A stretch of DNA of 64,000 bases from Gonapodya sp. JEL0774 (Eukaryota). How positions within the stretch are numbered: the stretch's first letter is position 1; every line of letters starts with the position of its first letter. The stretch lies in contig JADIIX010000069.1 of assembly GCA_027604505.1 (NCBI GenBank), positions 1 through 64,000 of the forward strand, written 5' to 3'. The notes under the pieces are model-generated. The model searched no databases. It saw only the letters and a program-made list of their open reading frames with translations, and was not told where the DNA came from. This document shows positions 23,106 through 36,859 of this stretch, piece by piece. Made by a program: the position numbers and the translations under genes.

Positions 23106-26100
23106 TCAATCCCTGACAACCGCAACGCACTCCACGACAGCTACACACTCCTTGGCAAACTCCCCCAGAACCACCACATTCCTCCAGAACTCTCTGAGCC
23201 TCGCCTTGTCTGTCAGTTCGTCACCAGCCGCCAGAGCACCATCTCTGTAACCCGCGCCACTTGCGGCCTCTCGCTCCATACCCATGCGAGCCTTTGCCGC
23301 GAATTCCCCGAAACGACTCGCTGCACCACGCTTCTCAAGCTCGAGTCTGCGGTCATCCACAGCACGGAGGTTATCCCGGAGACAGGTATATACCGACTCC
23401 GCTGCCGGATTGACCACATCGGCCGAGAACAGGCGGACAAAGACGTCGTTGCGGTCAAGTGCAGTTGCGAAAGTTGCGATGAGACCACTGAGGGCGAGGT
23501 TGAATTCCGAGGTGTTGTTAAAGAAGTCGGAAAGGCGGGTCAGGAGATAGGTTAACAGATCGTCCGAGAGGGCGGGAGAAGAGGAATCACCGAGTGGGTG
23601 AGGTTGCGAAGCAGGCGTGACAGGTGGCGCAACTTGAGCGTTCGCGTCAGAAACCGTCGGATCTGCTCTCGAGCCACTTTCAACCCTGTCACCATTTTCC
23701 CGACCATCCTCTCCGTCCACTACACTTTCAGGGTCTGTTTCAGAATCATCAAACCGAGCATGCCTACCACTGGTCGTCGCGGTCTCTGCATCTTCGAGAT
23801 ACGCCGCCAACCACCTACTACTATCCGACCTTCCAATCCCGTGTGAGGACTCCGCACCTTGACCTCCTACCGAAGCCTCCACCCCGATAGTGTCGCCGTC
23901 TCCAAACCACTCCACCGCCGCCACCAACCCCACATACCTCCCGAGCGCCTCTCTCCCGTCCACGTCTCCTTCGATCCACTTCCACCCTTCAAACAGCTTG
24001 CCGCCACCTCCCGCCAGCACAATTGCCGAAAGAAGCCTCATCCCCGCCACTGCCGAGGGCTCCTTCCTTTCCAACTCTGCCCTTCCCGGTCGCGCTGACG
24101 GGTCTGGACCGATGATAGTGCGCAAAATGGCGTCACGAGCTGGAGGGGCGGTGAGCAGGGCGAGAAGGGCGGGGCGCACGGGGTCGAGCGGGGGAGGTGC
24201 CGGTGCGAGTCCAGGTGCGGATGAGGGTGCCGAGGGTGCCGGTAAATGGGGTGTGAGAGGCGGTTCGATGAGTCGAGAAAGTGCGGCGAGGACTTCGGGA
24301 GGGGGTGGCTGGAACGTGACCGATGGGAGGAGAACCTGGTTGAGGAAGAGCGATTCGTACGATGCGAGGAGGTCTGCACGGAGCGCTGGCGACGGAGTAG
24401 ATCCGATGACGAGCGACAGGTGGTCCAGCAAGGCCAAGAACGCCTCGAGGGGGTCCGGCAGGTCCGGCGGAGGAATGGGAAGCGAGGCCGCGGACGACCC
24501 CGCAGACGCAACACCGGTGCCCAGCAACGTCCCACCGGCCCGTTGCGCCGCCCCAGACCCCGCCGCCGCGGCCTCCCTGGCCTGTCGCGCCTCCATGACC
24601 GCGACACTCGCCCGGACCTCTCTCCGCCACGCCTCACGTTTCACCTCGCGCTCTCCAAACCCCTCTGCCCAGGAGGCGGCCATGGCAGCGCCGAGGAGCT
24701 CGGCCAGGCCGAGTTTGACGAGGTGGTTGTGGAGCGGGGAGGACGGGGTGGCGAGCGGGGAGAGGTAGAGGAGCGCTTGTCTGGCAAAGTCGCCTGCGCG
24801 GGATGGCTTGTGGAGGAGGGCGAGGATGAGGGTGAGCAGTGGGGCGGGGGAAGGTGGGCACGAGAGCGGAGAGGGTGCGGGGAGAAGGGAGGAGTGAGAC
24901 GGCGCCCGGGAGGGCGTGGTATCCCGCGGGGTTGGGGTTGCTTTCCCAGTCTGCTGCTGTTCGTTGGCCGCCGACACAGACGCCAAGGACGAGGACGAGG
25001 ATGACGTGGGTAGAGAGGATTGTCCCTTGCGGGATATTGAGGGCCGGGAAGGGTCCGCGGAAACGGAGAGACCTGTTTTCGGGTCCGTTGCAATGACCGA
25101 GACGACCGAGAGTTTGCGGTGGCGGTGGTTGGCAGGCCGGGATGGGGTGGCGGGAGGGGTGATGGGAGGGGTTGTGGGGGATGTGGTGGGCGGTGTGGAA
25201 GGGGGTGTGGTGGAGGATGGATCTTTGGGCTTGAGGAGGAGGAAGTGGATGGAGGAGGGGCGAAGATGAGCGGGGGTGCGGACAAAGAAGGAATGAGAGG
25301 CTCTTGGTGTGGTATGGGCACGTCCCCGCTCGCTGGGTCTCAGGCACGCGTTATCGGACACCTCCGGATTTCGTCGGAGCTATGCCTCGAATTCTCGAGC
25401 ACCCTGTCCAGTCCATTCACTGCGTGATTTGTGAGGTGAGACGGTTGGCCAAACTCGGAGCACAACGCCCCCTAAACCCTGGGCTCTGCTTGGTACAGTG
25501 TGGCCACTGTACTTTGGGCAATTCTTTCCAAGCAGACAACACGTCGTCGCTCACGGTGGTGAGAGGGTTTGTAATGCAGTTTGCGGTGGTTTCGTTCACA
25601 ACTCCGACGACCCCATACCACCACCAGCACCAAGACCACACAAACACAAACGTGCAGAGAATAAGACCCACCGCATCCCTGTCGAAAAACACGGCCAGCA
25701 GCTGGGGATACTCCCGTATGCACCTGGCCAGGTTGAACGCCATTTCCGCGGCTTGTTCTTCGTGGACAACGACCGCGGTGGACGACGGGCCGATTTGGGC
25801 ACGAGACGGTGCAGGCCTTCCAGCCCCACCAGTAGCACTGATAGCGCCGTGTTGACCGTTGGGGACGGCGTTGGATGTGTTTGCGAGCACGAGTGCGCTC
25901 CCCCTGACGTTTTTCTCGATACGTTCAGCGAACAAGTCGAGGAGCTGGGATATGGGAGCGTGGAGTGCGCGTTGGGTGAGAATGCGGGGGGGTAAGGCGC
26001 CGAGGAGGTCTGAGAAGAGGCGGGCGGATTCGCGGAGGGCGCCTGTGGGGTTGTCTTGGGCGGAGAGGAGGACGAGGCGGGCAAAGAGGCCGTGGTCGAT

Positions 26101-26720
26101 GGCGAATTCCTGTTGTGAAATGAGTCGAGGTGATTTGTCGTGTTTTTGCGGGTGGTCGCGGTGGTCGTGGGGAGTGTGAAAGGAATCCAGGTGAACACGA
26201 CAACTGGAAGGTACAACCGAAGTTCTCAGAACTCAAAAGCCCGTCCGATTGCGCCCGGTCCGATCTCTCAGAGTCTATCCGAGCCCGCGCAAATTTTCAT
26301 TTCATTTTTAATGCTCTTTGGAGAAAGGAAACGTACCAGACAAGGGCCGGTAATCTCGGTGTCGGGCGCGGTACGGGCTTCCCACGTCAGTATGCGGAGT
26401 ATTTCATCGATGCACTGCGGAATATCAGTGCGTTCCACGGTGGTGCCTGCGTCGTACCCGGAAACGGTGCGTCTGCGCTGAGGTGCGGCCAGTCCGCTCT
26501 TTCTGGGATCGTCGTCCCCCCCCGCTCCTGCACCTGCACCTGCCGCCGCCCTCCCACCGGCCCCGCGAGTCGGATCAAGCGCGGAGATGAGGATGGCCCA
26601 TGCACGTTGGAATCTGGAGAGTGATTTGGCGAGCGCGGCTGGGGAATTCGCCGGAACCAGCGATCGCTGGGACGACGCGGGGGAGTTGAGTCGCTGCCGC
26701 AGCCGCTCGAAAATATCCAT
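23106..26720 (-). CDS. FHIP/FAM160 (retinoic acid induced 16-like; FTS-Hook-interacting protein)
   Basis: N-terminal TDIPQCIDEILRILTWE...TGPCL. C-terminal LLTRLSDFFNNTSEFNLALSGLIA and FWRNVVVLGEFAKECVAVV are characteristic of RAI16/FAM160. Confidence 0.85.
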
Positions 26721-27178
26721 TTTCTTTTTCTTGCAAGATGCGCAGCAGCTGCGAATCAAGCGGGGTCGCCGGCGGGGGTCAAAGGAGTCCAGCTGGTGTC
26801 ATTGCAGTTGCCACAATGTCCATTGTGAGGTGAGCTTGGTTCTTCTTGTATGCTCATCCCCTTTCCCCCCCCCCCCCACCAACACTCAATATTTGAACTC
26901 TTTGTCCATCTAAATTTTCTCCACTTGGTCAAGCACACGGGATCAGCAATATACGTAAAGCTGCGCGGATGAACTTCCGCGGCAGCCAGATAAACAAGGG
27001 GTGGTGTGAGGAAGAGGCCAGGCAACTGGAGAGATGTATTTTATCACACAATTAGAGCTGAATTGGGCAGGCAATACGGGTTGGCTCAAAGAACTGGATT
27101 TGTTCAAAAATCATAAATTACATCAGTTTCACCTCTCTCATCTGAATACCCACGAAAATTCATGTATATTTTTCAGTT

Positions 27179-27736
27179 TCACACTGCCGAAGCGGCTTCA
27201 ACGGGTTCTAGCAGATAATATATGTCGGTTCTCTGCTGGGTGATGTCTTTGTTGTCTTCCCCATACACCTCCCACGACCATCCTGCTGACTTCCTCTTGT
27301 TATCCTCCATCCACTTGTGAATCTGCAGATGAGTTGGGTGCAGTTTATCGAAGGCTCCAAAGTGTGTCCACTTCACGGCCTCGCCCGACGGAATGCTGAC
27401 ACAGTGTACCCCGCCCGAGCCCTCCTCTTCCTTGAACTCCGTTTTCACTTCCACACCAAACTCTATATCCATCGCTGAGGGCATTGTCTTGGGGTGCTTG
27501 TAGAGGAAGACTTCGCGGCCGTCCTTGCGCAGGTTCGGATGGTCGGACAAAAATTTACGTACAGATTTGATAGCAGGGGGGAAGGTCTTGGCGATTTCTG
27601 GCTGCGTGACGCAAGCATGGACGGCGGCGATGGGAGAGGAGACAACCTGGACGATTTCTGGGGAAGACTGGGTGGAACGACAAAAGGGAGATGAGTCGTG
27701 GGATCAACGGCAGAAAGCGTTGGTGTATCTCACCAT
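27179..27736 (-). CDS. GyrI-like small-molecule-binding domain protein
   Basis: The first exon is ATG only (27734-27736), then intron 27668-27733, then SSPEIVQVV...MDIEFGVEV...IPSGEAVKWTHFGAFDKLHPTHLQIHKWM...AGWSWEVYGE...RTDIYYLL, a typical GyrI-like/effector-binding fold pattern. Confidence 0.85.
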
Positions 27737-28858
27737 AGCTGCTAGTGATGACTTGATTGTTTTGAGTCTGAACTTGGTCTTATTATATGATGAACTTCTC
27801 GGAACAGTCCCGATTGTTCCGGTATCGGCAGTCTTCGCATTGGTGTGTGTGTGGTGTGTGGCCTCCAGCCCTCAGCATGTTCATACTCTCTGTCCCAACG
27901 ACATGAAACGCACAGTCCGGAACCTGGCAGGAGGACGAACAACGACGCTGTTGAAATACAAAGCGAAGGAGCTTACGAGAGTCGGTAAAATAAAGAACAA
28001 GTCTGTCGTATACGGATTTTAGTCCGAAGAGCCGGCGGTCATAAACCACTCCAGGCGGTTCACCATGTAGGCACCACGACACGTTGGATCCCCACCGCCA
28101 CGCATACTAAAAGACGTGGATTGGTAAACACACGTAGTTCGTGTGCTCGATGGTGGCACTCGAAAAGCTGCTCGTTTCATCTCGGACATTGCTCAAGTAT
28201 ACTATATGTACTAGTGTGGCTACATGAAGGTTCCCTCCATCTGTCAACATGAACATCTATTTGAACTTAAGCCGTCAAGCCACCACGTGTCCTTGTCAGT
28301 CCAATAAAATACTTGTCGCTCTTGATTGACCCGTGACCTGCCTTGTTTTGGGTAGCTTTGGCCGACCGCTGTCCAGTCAAGAATGGCTTGTGGCGTCTGA
28401 GCCGTCATTACTGGCCATCAAAGAGTCTGAAGGCAAAAACCACCGTCGATAAAATTTATTAGCGGTCTGAATTTAGTGGTGTCTGAAATGGAATGCATAT
28501 TTTTGCCAGCGTCAGGGCGTCACAGGCCATCACGGCAGGTGCTGGCTCGCACGATCAGGAGCACTGCAGTGGTCCCCGCCCACTTTCGCAAAGCGCTCAT
28601 CAAGAACCCGTACAAAGGCAGGCCGGGAATAAATTCCACACCAAACCCAATCGGGGAGACGAATCGCCATTTTGGACAGAGCAGAACGCGGAATTTTGCG
28701 ATTTGCTGGACGGGAACGTGGAGTCTCAAACTCATCTCGGTCCCAAAACTCCCCCTTGGGCATCGGAGCCCCCACAAATCGCATCGACCCCCCGCTCGAT
28801 CGACCCCCAGCTTTGAACCAAACTCGTCCTACACTCTTCACCTCCGTCGCCGTCCGCC

Positions 28859-31811
28859 ATGTCCAACTCCAGCCCCGCCATCCGCACTGCTCGTACGAGC
28901 GGGGTGAACATCGAGCAGCTGTCGCAGCTCCACAGACGCTCCATCTTGCTGCTCCAGATCGCCCGCTCGCTCTTTGAGTTTGGCCCAGAGGAGGATAAAG
29001 TCGATGCCCTGGCCCGTAAAGTGATTCGTCACGCAACACACTTCTTGTCCTGTGACAGGGGCAGTCTCTTCATTCTCGATAAGGAGACGAACATTCTCAA
29101 GAGCGCTGTATGTCTCTGCTCTTTGTGACCTGGACCATGTGCTCTTCTTGGTCTCACCTGCGAACGTATCTTTCCCTCGTTCCATCCACAACCTCAACCT
29201 GCCCCTGTGATTTTGTGCTACTCTGTCAGGTCTTTGATACCGCACCCACCACCCCACAAGAAGGCAAATTCAAGGATCACAAGTTTTCTGTACCTGTCGG
29301 AGTCGGAATTGTGGGACATGTGGCTGCTACGGGGAAGGTGAGTGGTGTGAGAGCTTTGGGAATGGGATGGAGCAACACTGGATGTGGGAAAAAGTTCACC
29401 AAATGAAGGACACCCGACGCGTCCATCCGAATTGTATCAAAAGACTGTCGTCTTGAATGTACACTGCCGAATGCGCCCACCGATGCGTGCAGGCACGAGG
29501 GACGTCGAGATCGAGGGTTGAGGTTCCTTCCGCACTTCAAGCTCCATTTAAACCACACCCGTCAGAGACTAAATCGCTGCAACAAATGGAACGGGTCATG
29601 CTGGCAACGAATCCGTGGTGATTCTTTCGCGAACAATGCGATTTTTGGTATTCCGCAGCGAGTTTGCACAAAGACAGCGTGATTCCCGAGACTGACGAGA
29701 AGGAAGCCGATACATTAGCTTCAACTTTGCTGACACCATGACTTTTGTTGCTTGCTGTTTTGCCTTCTCACTACCCACCTCACCCCTCACACCCTACCCC
29801 CCGCCTGGCCTATTTCAAGCCCCTCAACATTCCCAACGCCTACGCCGACCCACACTTCAACTCCCAAATCGACAAAGCCACGGGCTACACCACCCATTCC
29901 ATCCTCTGCGTTCCCATCCTCAACGGCACCACGGTCCTCGGCGTGCTCAACTTACTCAACAAGTTTGAGGCCAAAGGACAGGGTCTGGCCGAACATCTGA
30001 GCTCCGCGTCTCCGTACCCTTCGAGTCAGGCGAGGGGATCAAGTGCAGCGGGGAACACTATTGTCGTGCGACCCTCGTCACCAGACGGGAGCAGGTACTG
30101 GGTACCCTTCACAGACGCGGATCTGGACCACGCAGAAGCATTTGCGGTGTATTGCGGTCTAGCACTCGACAAAGCGTTGCTCATTGACCGGGTCATCAAG
30201 TCGGAAAAGCGGCTTTCGATTGTGCTCGACATCATGTCGTACCACGCCACCGCCACCGACTCGGACGTGGATTCCTTCTACGACGGGTCTCTGCCGCCCC
30301 TCGGACCCGTAAGTCAGATCAGTATTGAAGATGGCCTGGTGAGGATCAAGAACGAGTTTGGGTTCCACTGGGCGTGGGAGGGACCCGAGCTCGGCCACGA
30401 GCTCCTGGAAATCGGATTCGACCCGCACGCGTTCAGTGATACGCAGCTTGTGGGGGCGAATCTGAGGATGATGAAAGATATGGGTTTTGTGGAGATGTTT
30501 GATGTGGACGTCAAGGCGCTCGTGAAGTTTCTGCTGAGCTTGGCAAAGAACTATCGCAAACCCAAGTGAGTTTACGTTCTCTCATCACCTCCTTGGCTAC
30601 CATCTCGTCTATTTGTATCTTCTCTCGCCCGTTTCTCAAAAACTTGATCTTTCAACCGTCGTTCGCACTCTGTTCCGTCCTCCCTTGAATACCAAAACTT
30701 CGCAGAGACGTTCCATACCACAACTTCCGCCATGCCACCGCTGTAGCCCATGGCATCTTTCTGCTCACCCGACGGTTCAACCTGCGCGCTTACTTGACGG
30801 ATATTGAAATCTTGGCCATGTTTTTGGCGTGTATGTGGTGAGTTGGAGTCGTGGCCACGTTGCGACGTAGGGGGGTTCTTTGCAGCCGTGTTGTCACCTA
30901 TTCCTCAATTTCCCCATCCGTTCGCTCGCATCTACAACCCCCGCTTATTTCATCTCCCCCTTCCCCGAACCTCCCATGCACACGCACACACAACATTCCC
31001 AGCCACGACGTTGACCACCGTGGCACAAACAACCAGTTCCAACGGCAAGCTAAAACCATTTTTGGTCAGTTCTACCACAATAGTCCAATGGAGGAGCATC
31101 ACGCAAATCACGCGCTCACGATACTGGCGGCGCAGGAACATCGGTTTTTGGGATCGATGGCGGCGGAGGATGTGAGTCAGAGTGCCAAAGGCTTCGTATA
31201 GCTGACGAAGGAAAATAAGACTCGCTCATTCTGACAATCAACTTCCTCATCTTTATTGCTATAAACCTTTCAAGTACGAACAACTCCTAACGATCATGAA
31301 GCGGACCATCATCCAAACCGATCTGGCCATCTATTTCAAGAACCGCACCATCCTCGAAGCTCTTCTCAAGGAGGGATCGCTCAACATCGACACGGACGAG
31401 ACCCACCGCGACCTCTTCCGGGGTGTCATCATGACATCCGTAGATCTGACGGCCATGTATAAACCGTTTGGCGCGGCTGTACACATTGCCGACTTCGTCT
31501 ATGCAGAATTCTTCATGCAGGGCGATCAAGAAAGGAAGATGGGATTGCCCATATCGGCGAACGTGGTGGACAGGAACAATGAAAAGGAAATTCCAAAGAT
31601 GCAAAAAGGCTTCTTTGAGTTTATCGTAGAACCTGCGTACGTGATGCTTTCGCAATGTATTACTGAGGCCAAAGTTCTCCTCGACGCGGTCAGGGAGAAC
31701 AAGAGGAGGTGGACAGAATGGAACGACAGGGGCATCGTCTACAAGATTGGGGGAATGGACGACCAGCTTCGAGCGGAGGGCTTGATCCCGGCTGTCTCGA
31801 CGGGGCACTGA
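28859..31811 (+). CDS. GAF-domain class I cyclic nucleotide phosphodiesterase (PDE10/PDE5/PDE11-like)
   Basis: GAF domain: CDRGSLFILD...GIVGHVAATGK|PLNIPNAYADPHFNSQIDKATGYTTHSILCVPI...NK. Catalytic domain: PYHNFRHA, HDVDHRGTNNQF, MEEHH, TDL, DL...AEFFMQGDQER, PKMQKGF. Confidence 0.95.
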
Positions 31812-31817
31812 AGAGGG

Positions 31818-31997
31818 AGAAGTGGGACAACGTTGCTAGGTCGTGTTTTGAATGTAAAATATTCGTACCGCAGTTGTATAAATTAGATCATGTTCAAATT
31901 TTACAGGTAGAAGTCGGACAACGTTGCTAGGTCGTGTTTTGAATGTAAGATATTCGTACCGCAGTTGTATAAATGAGATCATGTTCAAATTCTACAG
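31818..31997. repeat. 91-bp tandem duplication (2 copies) between convergent PDE and RhoGEF 3' ends
   Basis: AGAAGT(G/C)GGACAACGTTGCTAGGTCGTGTTTTGAATGTAA...TACAG occurs at 31818 and 31909 with a few substitutions. Confidence 0.95.
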
Positions 31998-32200
31998 CGG
32001 AGGCGAGAAACAAATCCGTTGGCAATGCACAAGCTTGCATGGTGGCGTCGGTAGTGAAAGCTATATGCATGTACTAACTCGTAACACGGATTCGATGATA
32101 AAACAATTTCGAGCTGGAACAAACAAAACAAACCTGCATCGTATTCGAGCGATTACAAAAGATAATGTTATATGTGGTCGCCGCACTGTTCATGCAAAAG

Positions 32201-35200
32201 TTACCCCAACGTTTCTGTTGAAACTTTTCCTGTTCCCACGCTTCCTGTACCTGTAGTCGCAACAGGTCTTTTTGCCCTCCACTGCTCAAATTGATCCACG
32301 ATCAAGGTTACGGATTTATGCCCGTCTTGGGATTCACTCGCATTGGGGCCGAGTGGGTCCCCTGTCTTGCCCGTTAGCCACTTGCTCTTATCAATTATGT
32401 TGGTACCGAGATCAAGTTGTCCAGGAAGAAGGGACGTAGGTCGAGAAGATACGGGCCGAAGCTTAACGGCCGCAATTGATGTGGCGAGAACAGTGGATGG
32501 CGGTCGGGAATTCGGGGATTGTTTTGGAGGTCTTGCGGCATCTACAGGGGCGACTGAGGGTGTTGCTTGCTTTACGGGGGCCGGCTGTTCAACTGTCGCT
32601 GTCGGCCGATTTGCGGTGGTGGCAAAGGGGGTTTGCCGTCCGGGGAAACTGCGATTGATCGCTGGTGCGATATTGGCTTGGAGCGCAGCAATTTTAGAGC
32701 CGACTGCAGGCCTAGGAGGTGGTTGCTTAGAAGGTTTGGCTGCATTTCCTTCGCTGGCTTGCCTTCCACCACTTTCCGCCTGACTTCCCTCAACCTCAAT
32801 GATACTCGATCGTACAGAACCTGGCTTGGGAGAGACTCTTTGCGCGAAACCTTGAGAATCTCTGTTGCTCGAAACTTGAGACGACGGTGACGCTGAGTGT
32901 CCAACCGGAGATCCCGCCGACGAACGTTTGGATGGGGACTCCATTGAAGGAACGCCCACTGTGAAAGGTGTGGTGGAAATGGCGACGTCGAGTGTGGGCG
33001 CCGTACCTCCTTCATTCCCTTCTAGTTCGTTCACTTCCTCCACTTGTGCCAGTTCTTGCGAGAAAGCTTCCTCGATTATGCATTGCTCCCCTTGATGAGG
33101 AGGAAGTTCTGAACCTCCATCCACAAGCTGAACGTGAGTTACAGCAACTGATCGCAACGTGTCCGCAACAATAGCGTCCTCGAACTCTTCGTTGGCTGCA
33201 GAGACAGGTGTGGGAGCGTCGTCGCCGGTCACTAGCGACAGGAACATTGCCGAGCCCGCAGATCTCAAAACGCCCACACCCCGGGGAACCGGCATGACGC
33301 TTAAATTGTCGGTGTGTATATCTTCATTTGATGAGATGCTTTCGATGGATTCTGTGACTGCTGCAGATTGACGGCGACCTCCTGCTATGTTACGGCTTTC
33401 GATTCCCTCAAGCGCCTCAATTCTGGCGTTATTGATGCCTTTCATCCAGCGATGTCGTTCCGCTTTCGACGGGGTACTGAAGTACATGGTCTTTTCTTCG
33501 TTGTTTCTGAGGGTTCGGAGCTCGAAAACGAAAGATCCTAGCAAACCAAGAATTGCATTAAAGAGGTTACCCACAAATGCACCACTAGCGCGTAAAGCCA
33601 CATTACCATCGTCTGCAGTGGCGACCACCTCCGTTGCCAGCACATCCTTGATGGGGTACACTGCTTTCACTTTCGCCTTTCCGTGTCCCCCAACCAACCA
33701 CCCTTGCGAAGGAACTGCGATGATCACACAATCAGAGAAAACCACAACATACCGAGCGTTTCCCTTTCGGGAGACTATGCCAGTCGGTGACGTGTCCGGG
33801 TTGTAATGGAGCTTGGAGAGGGTGGCATCGAGCAGATGCCGGCGAGAGACTTCGTAAGCCAGTTTTTGCTTCTAAGAAGACTGTAACTTATAGCGACTGC
33901 GAGCAGCCATGTTTTTGAGAGGGCCGCAAGTACACACCTCTGTGTATTCCAACTGACCCAGTATTTTGAGGGTCTTGATGCTGTTCTCCACGATGTGCCT
34001 CCGCTCATTCACCACATCAACCACCCGCATGATGGCATCCAAGGCTCCTTTCACACCAGCATAGTCAGGATGTGATTCAGCAGTGTGCTTCAGCAATTCC
34101 TGTTTGGGACGGAGAACCGTGTTCGGAATAATGGGAGGCGCGATGCTGAGCGGCACGTACCTTGAGTAGGAGAGGGTACTTGCATATTCGCTGCACTGGC
34201 TTCAACAAGAACGCACCGATGGTGAGATTCCTCGTTTCTTGTCGGAACGAGCAGTATTCGATAAAGAACTTGAGTTCGGTGTTTGAACTCTCGCCGTTCA
34301 AATATGCCATAGCTTCAGGTTGGTTTCCACAACTAGTTCATTACAATCACAAGGACCGTGTCAAAGCGAAGCCTGAAAGCTGCCCGAGAGCTGAATCCAA
34401 ACGATTCCTCACTAGACAGTGTACATCTTGAGATACGACGCCAGCTCCAAGAAAACGTCACCAACTTCCTTGACGATCCCTCCACTGCGAATTCTCCGGT
34501 CTTCAAGCCGAGCGAGGAGCTCCACGTTCACTGGAAGGATCTGTTCGATGTTGGAAAAGACGATCGCTATGCCTTTCGGGGGAAGGATTTTCTTTTCGCG
34601 CATAACTTTCAGATAAAGCTATGTTTCCAGTGGTTAACATCCCCGGGCATTATGAGATTTTCGAAGTGCTCGTCTAATTGCACTGAGGAGGTCCCCCAAC
34701 TCACATCGATGATTATCTTCAGATCTCGAACATACTCCTTCTCCGTGACCAGAGTCTCATAGATAATCTCTTGTCGTTTAAGCTCCTGAGCATCATAAAC
34801 TGACGTGTCGAGTACCACCTTGCCCACATCGTCCACTTTCCCCTTGGTTCGAATATCCACCCCGAGTTTCTGCATCGCTTCCGCCTCCGTCGGCGAAACA
34901 ACGAACCATTTATCCACGGCCATGATCCCACCGATGGCCTTTTTGGCATCCGAAATCGGGGCAACTGGGGACGACGCAGTCTCCGGACTTTCGTTCGCAA
35001 GGGTCGCTGCAATCTGTTCAAACCACAGATCCGAGTAGTTATAAATGACGCTGCCCTCGGGCCGAAGGGTTCCAGAACGAGACGGTCCACGGGCGTGAGC
35101 AGAGGACACCATACGGGATCCGTGTCCCTCGCCTGCGGCAGAAGGCTCAGAGGTATGTGTGGGTTCGCTGAACGATGCGTTAACCATGTCCGCGGGCAAT

Positions 35201-35856
35201 TCCGATGAGAGGCTTGCAACTGCGAGGCTATCTCGATCAGCGCGTGAGCCAGTACGATAGTGGCTATACCACGACCGCCGAACGGGCGGATTAGCTCCGT
35301 CTCCGGTCGCTTCTGGGGTTGCAACAGTGTTCGCGCCGTCTTCCCCAACAGAGACCGAGTGCGCACGAATGTCATCCCCAAGATCCTGGGAGAATGTCCT
35401 GTCTTTCATTGTTCTATTTCGTACCGTGTTCGCGTTGGAGCCCAAAGATTCCGTGGTGAGACTCTTGGGTCTGACCGTAAGCTTCGCCGTAGCCGATCTC
35501 CTTACATCGGATCCATCTTCTCCTCGCACGGCAGCAAGATCCGGCGCCAACTGCGAAGACCCAGCCTCGTCCCCTGGTCCTGAACCCGGATCCACAAGAG
35601 GAACCATCACGTTCTTACGGACGGTGCCCCCTTTGTACCGACTTTCAAAGAAAGATTTCGCCAGATGGGCTTTATCATCCGTTCCCAACGTCGCCACGGT
35701 TGCGGCTGCGGTGCTGGGAGCCTTTGATGCAGCCTTGGTGTGGTCGGATTGAGCAGGAAGGGACTGATCCATCTCGATCCCGTCTCCCGCCGGCGGTTTG
35801 GCTTGCGCTGAGAGTGGTCGAACCACCGATGCAAGCGAATTCGGACCGAGGGTCAT
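32201..35856 (-). CDS. Dbl-family RhoGEF (DH-PH) with disordered termini
   Basis: DH motifs KRQEIIYETLVTEKEYVRDL, VFSNIEQILPVN, FLLKPVQRICKYPLLLKELLKHT and VNERR, then PH-like VFSDCVIIA...YFSTPSKAERHRWMKGI. An alternative ATG exists at 35934. Confidence 0.92.
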
Positions 35857-36003
35857 CGGAAGGTGTTCAAATGGAGCTGGATCGGGTTGTGTGCATTCAG
35901 TCCGGCGACCATGACGGCACAACTGTAATTGCATCTCAACAATCTTTCAAAGTTCAAACGCAGCAGTTTCTGAAAGGATCAAATTTAACATGATTCTATT
36001 GCA

Positions 36004-36859
36004 TTACGCTTTCAATGCTGTCCGCAATGCATCTCCTAAACTACCCCGCGCTTCTCGCAATGCCCGTTCAGCTTGCGCCTTCGTCAGGTCAAGCTCATTG
36101 ATCTGAGAGTGATAAGTATTCCGTCCCAATGGGGTGCACCGGGGCCCAAGTTGTGCGGATGTGAGGGTGCCAGTGAAGAGGGCTGCGCTCAACCAAATAG
36201 ACTCTCACCAGTACATCCACGTCCTCCTTTGTTACCACAATTTTTTCGAGATCTCGTTCCCGTGCTCTTTGTTGTGCCTTCTGCTTGGCCTTCTCCAGAG
36301 CCAAAGCGGTCATCGCCTGGGTTGGACAAGGGACAAGCGCAACAGACATTGTTCACATGAGAACGGAGAACAAGAAATTCCAAGTGCATATACAAACTTG
36401 ACCAAGTTTTTTCTCGTCCACTGCCTGACCGGTTTCCTCCCCCCCATAAGCGTTCACGTTCTTGTATTGCGTTAAACACAGTTATGTGAGCATCACCGAG
36501 CGGATTCCAAATTTCGTTCATTTCGATGAAAATATCGCGATATGGTTTCGCGATTCGAAAAGAATCACGAGAGTTGTGGTGGGTCGTCAAAGAAGTTGAC
36601 CAGAATTCGTGATGGGAAACGTTTCGGCCTTCACACCCACCTGCATGTCCTTTCTCGCCTGTCCACCATGTCCCTTGACGTCCTCCTCGTCCTCCTTTTC
36701 ATCTGCTGCGACTGTTTCTTCGGATTGGGTGGGGGTGGTTGCTTTCGAGTCTGCCTTCTTGGCCTGCTCGAGGGATTGAGATGATGCAGAGGGGGTAGAC
36801 GTTGCGGATGAATTTGTGGATGCAGATGCGGTCGAGCGCTGCTTGGATTTCTTGGACAT
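36004..36859 (-). CDS. HYPK: Huntingtin-interacting protein K (NatA-associated, UBA-like C-terminus)
   Basis: Spliced protein ...GGQARKDMQ|NVNAYGGEE...DEKKLGQ|AMTAL...RERDLEKIVVTKEDVDVL|INELDLTKAQAERALREARGSLGDALRTAL* matches the HYPK UBA-like pattern. Confidence 0.85.

Noticed and set aside
23598..26624. Many long antisense and alternative-frame ORFs over the FHIP gene (similarly over NIC96 and 61538-63022)
   Set aside because: Expected shadows of GC-rich, low-complexity coding sequence, with no recognisable motifs.
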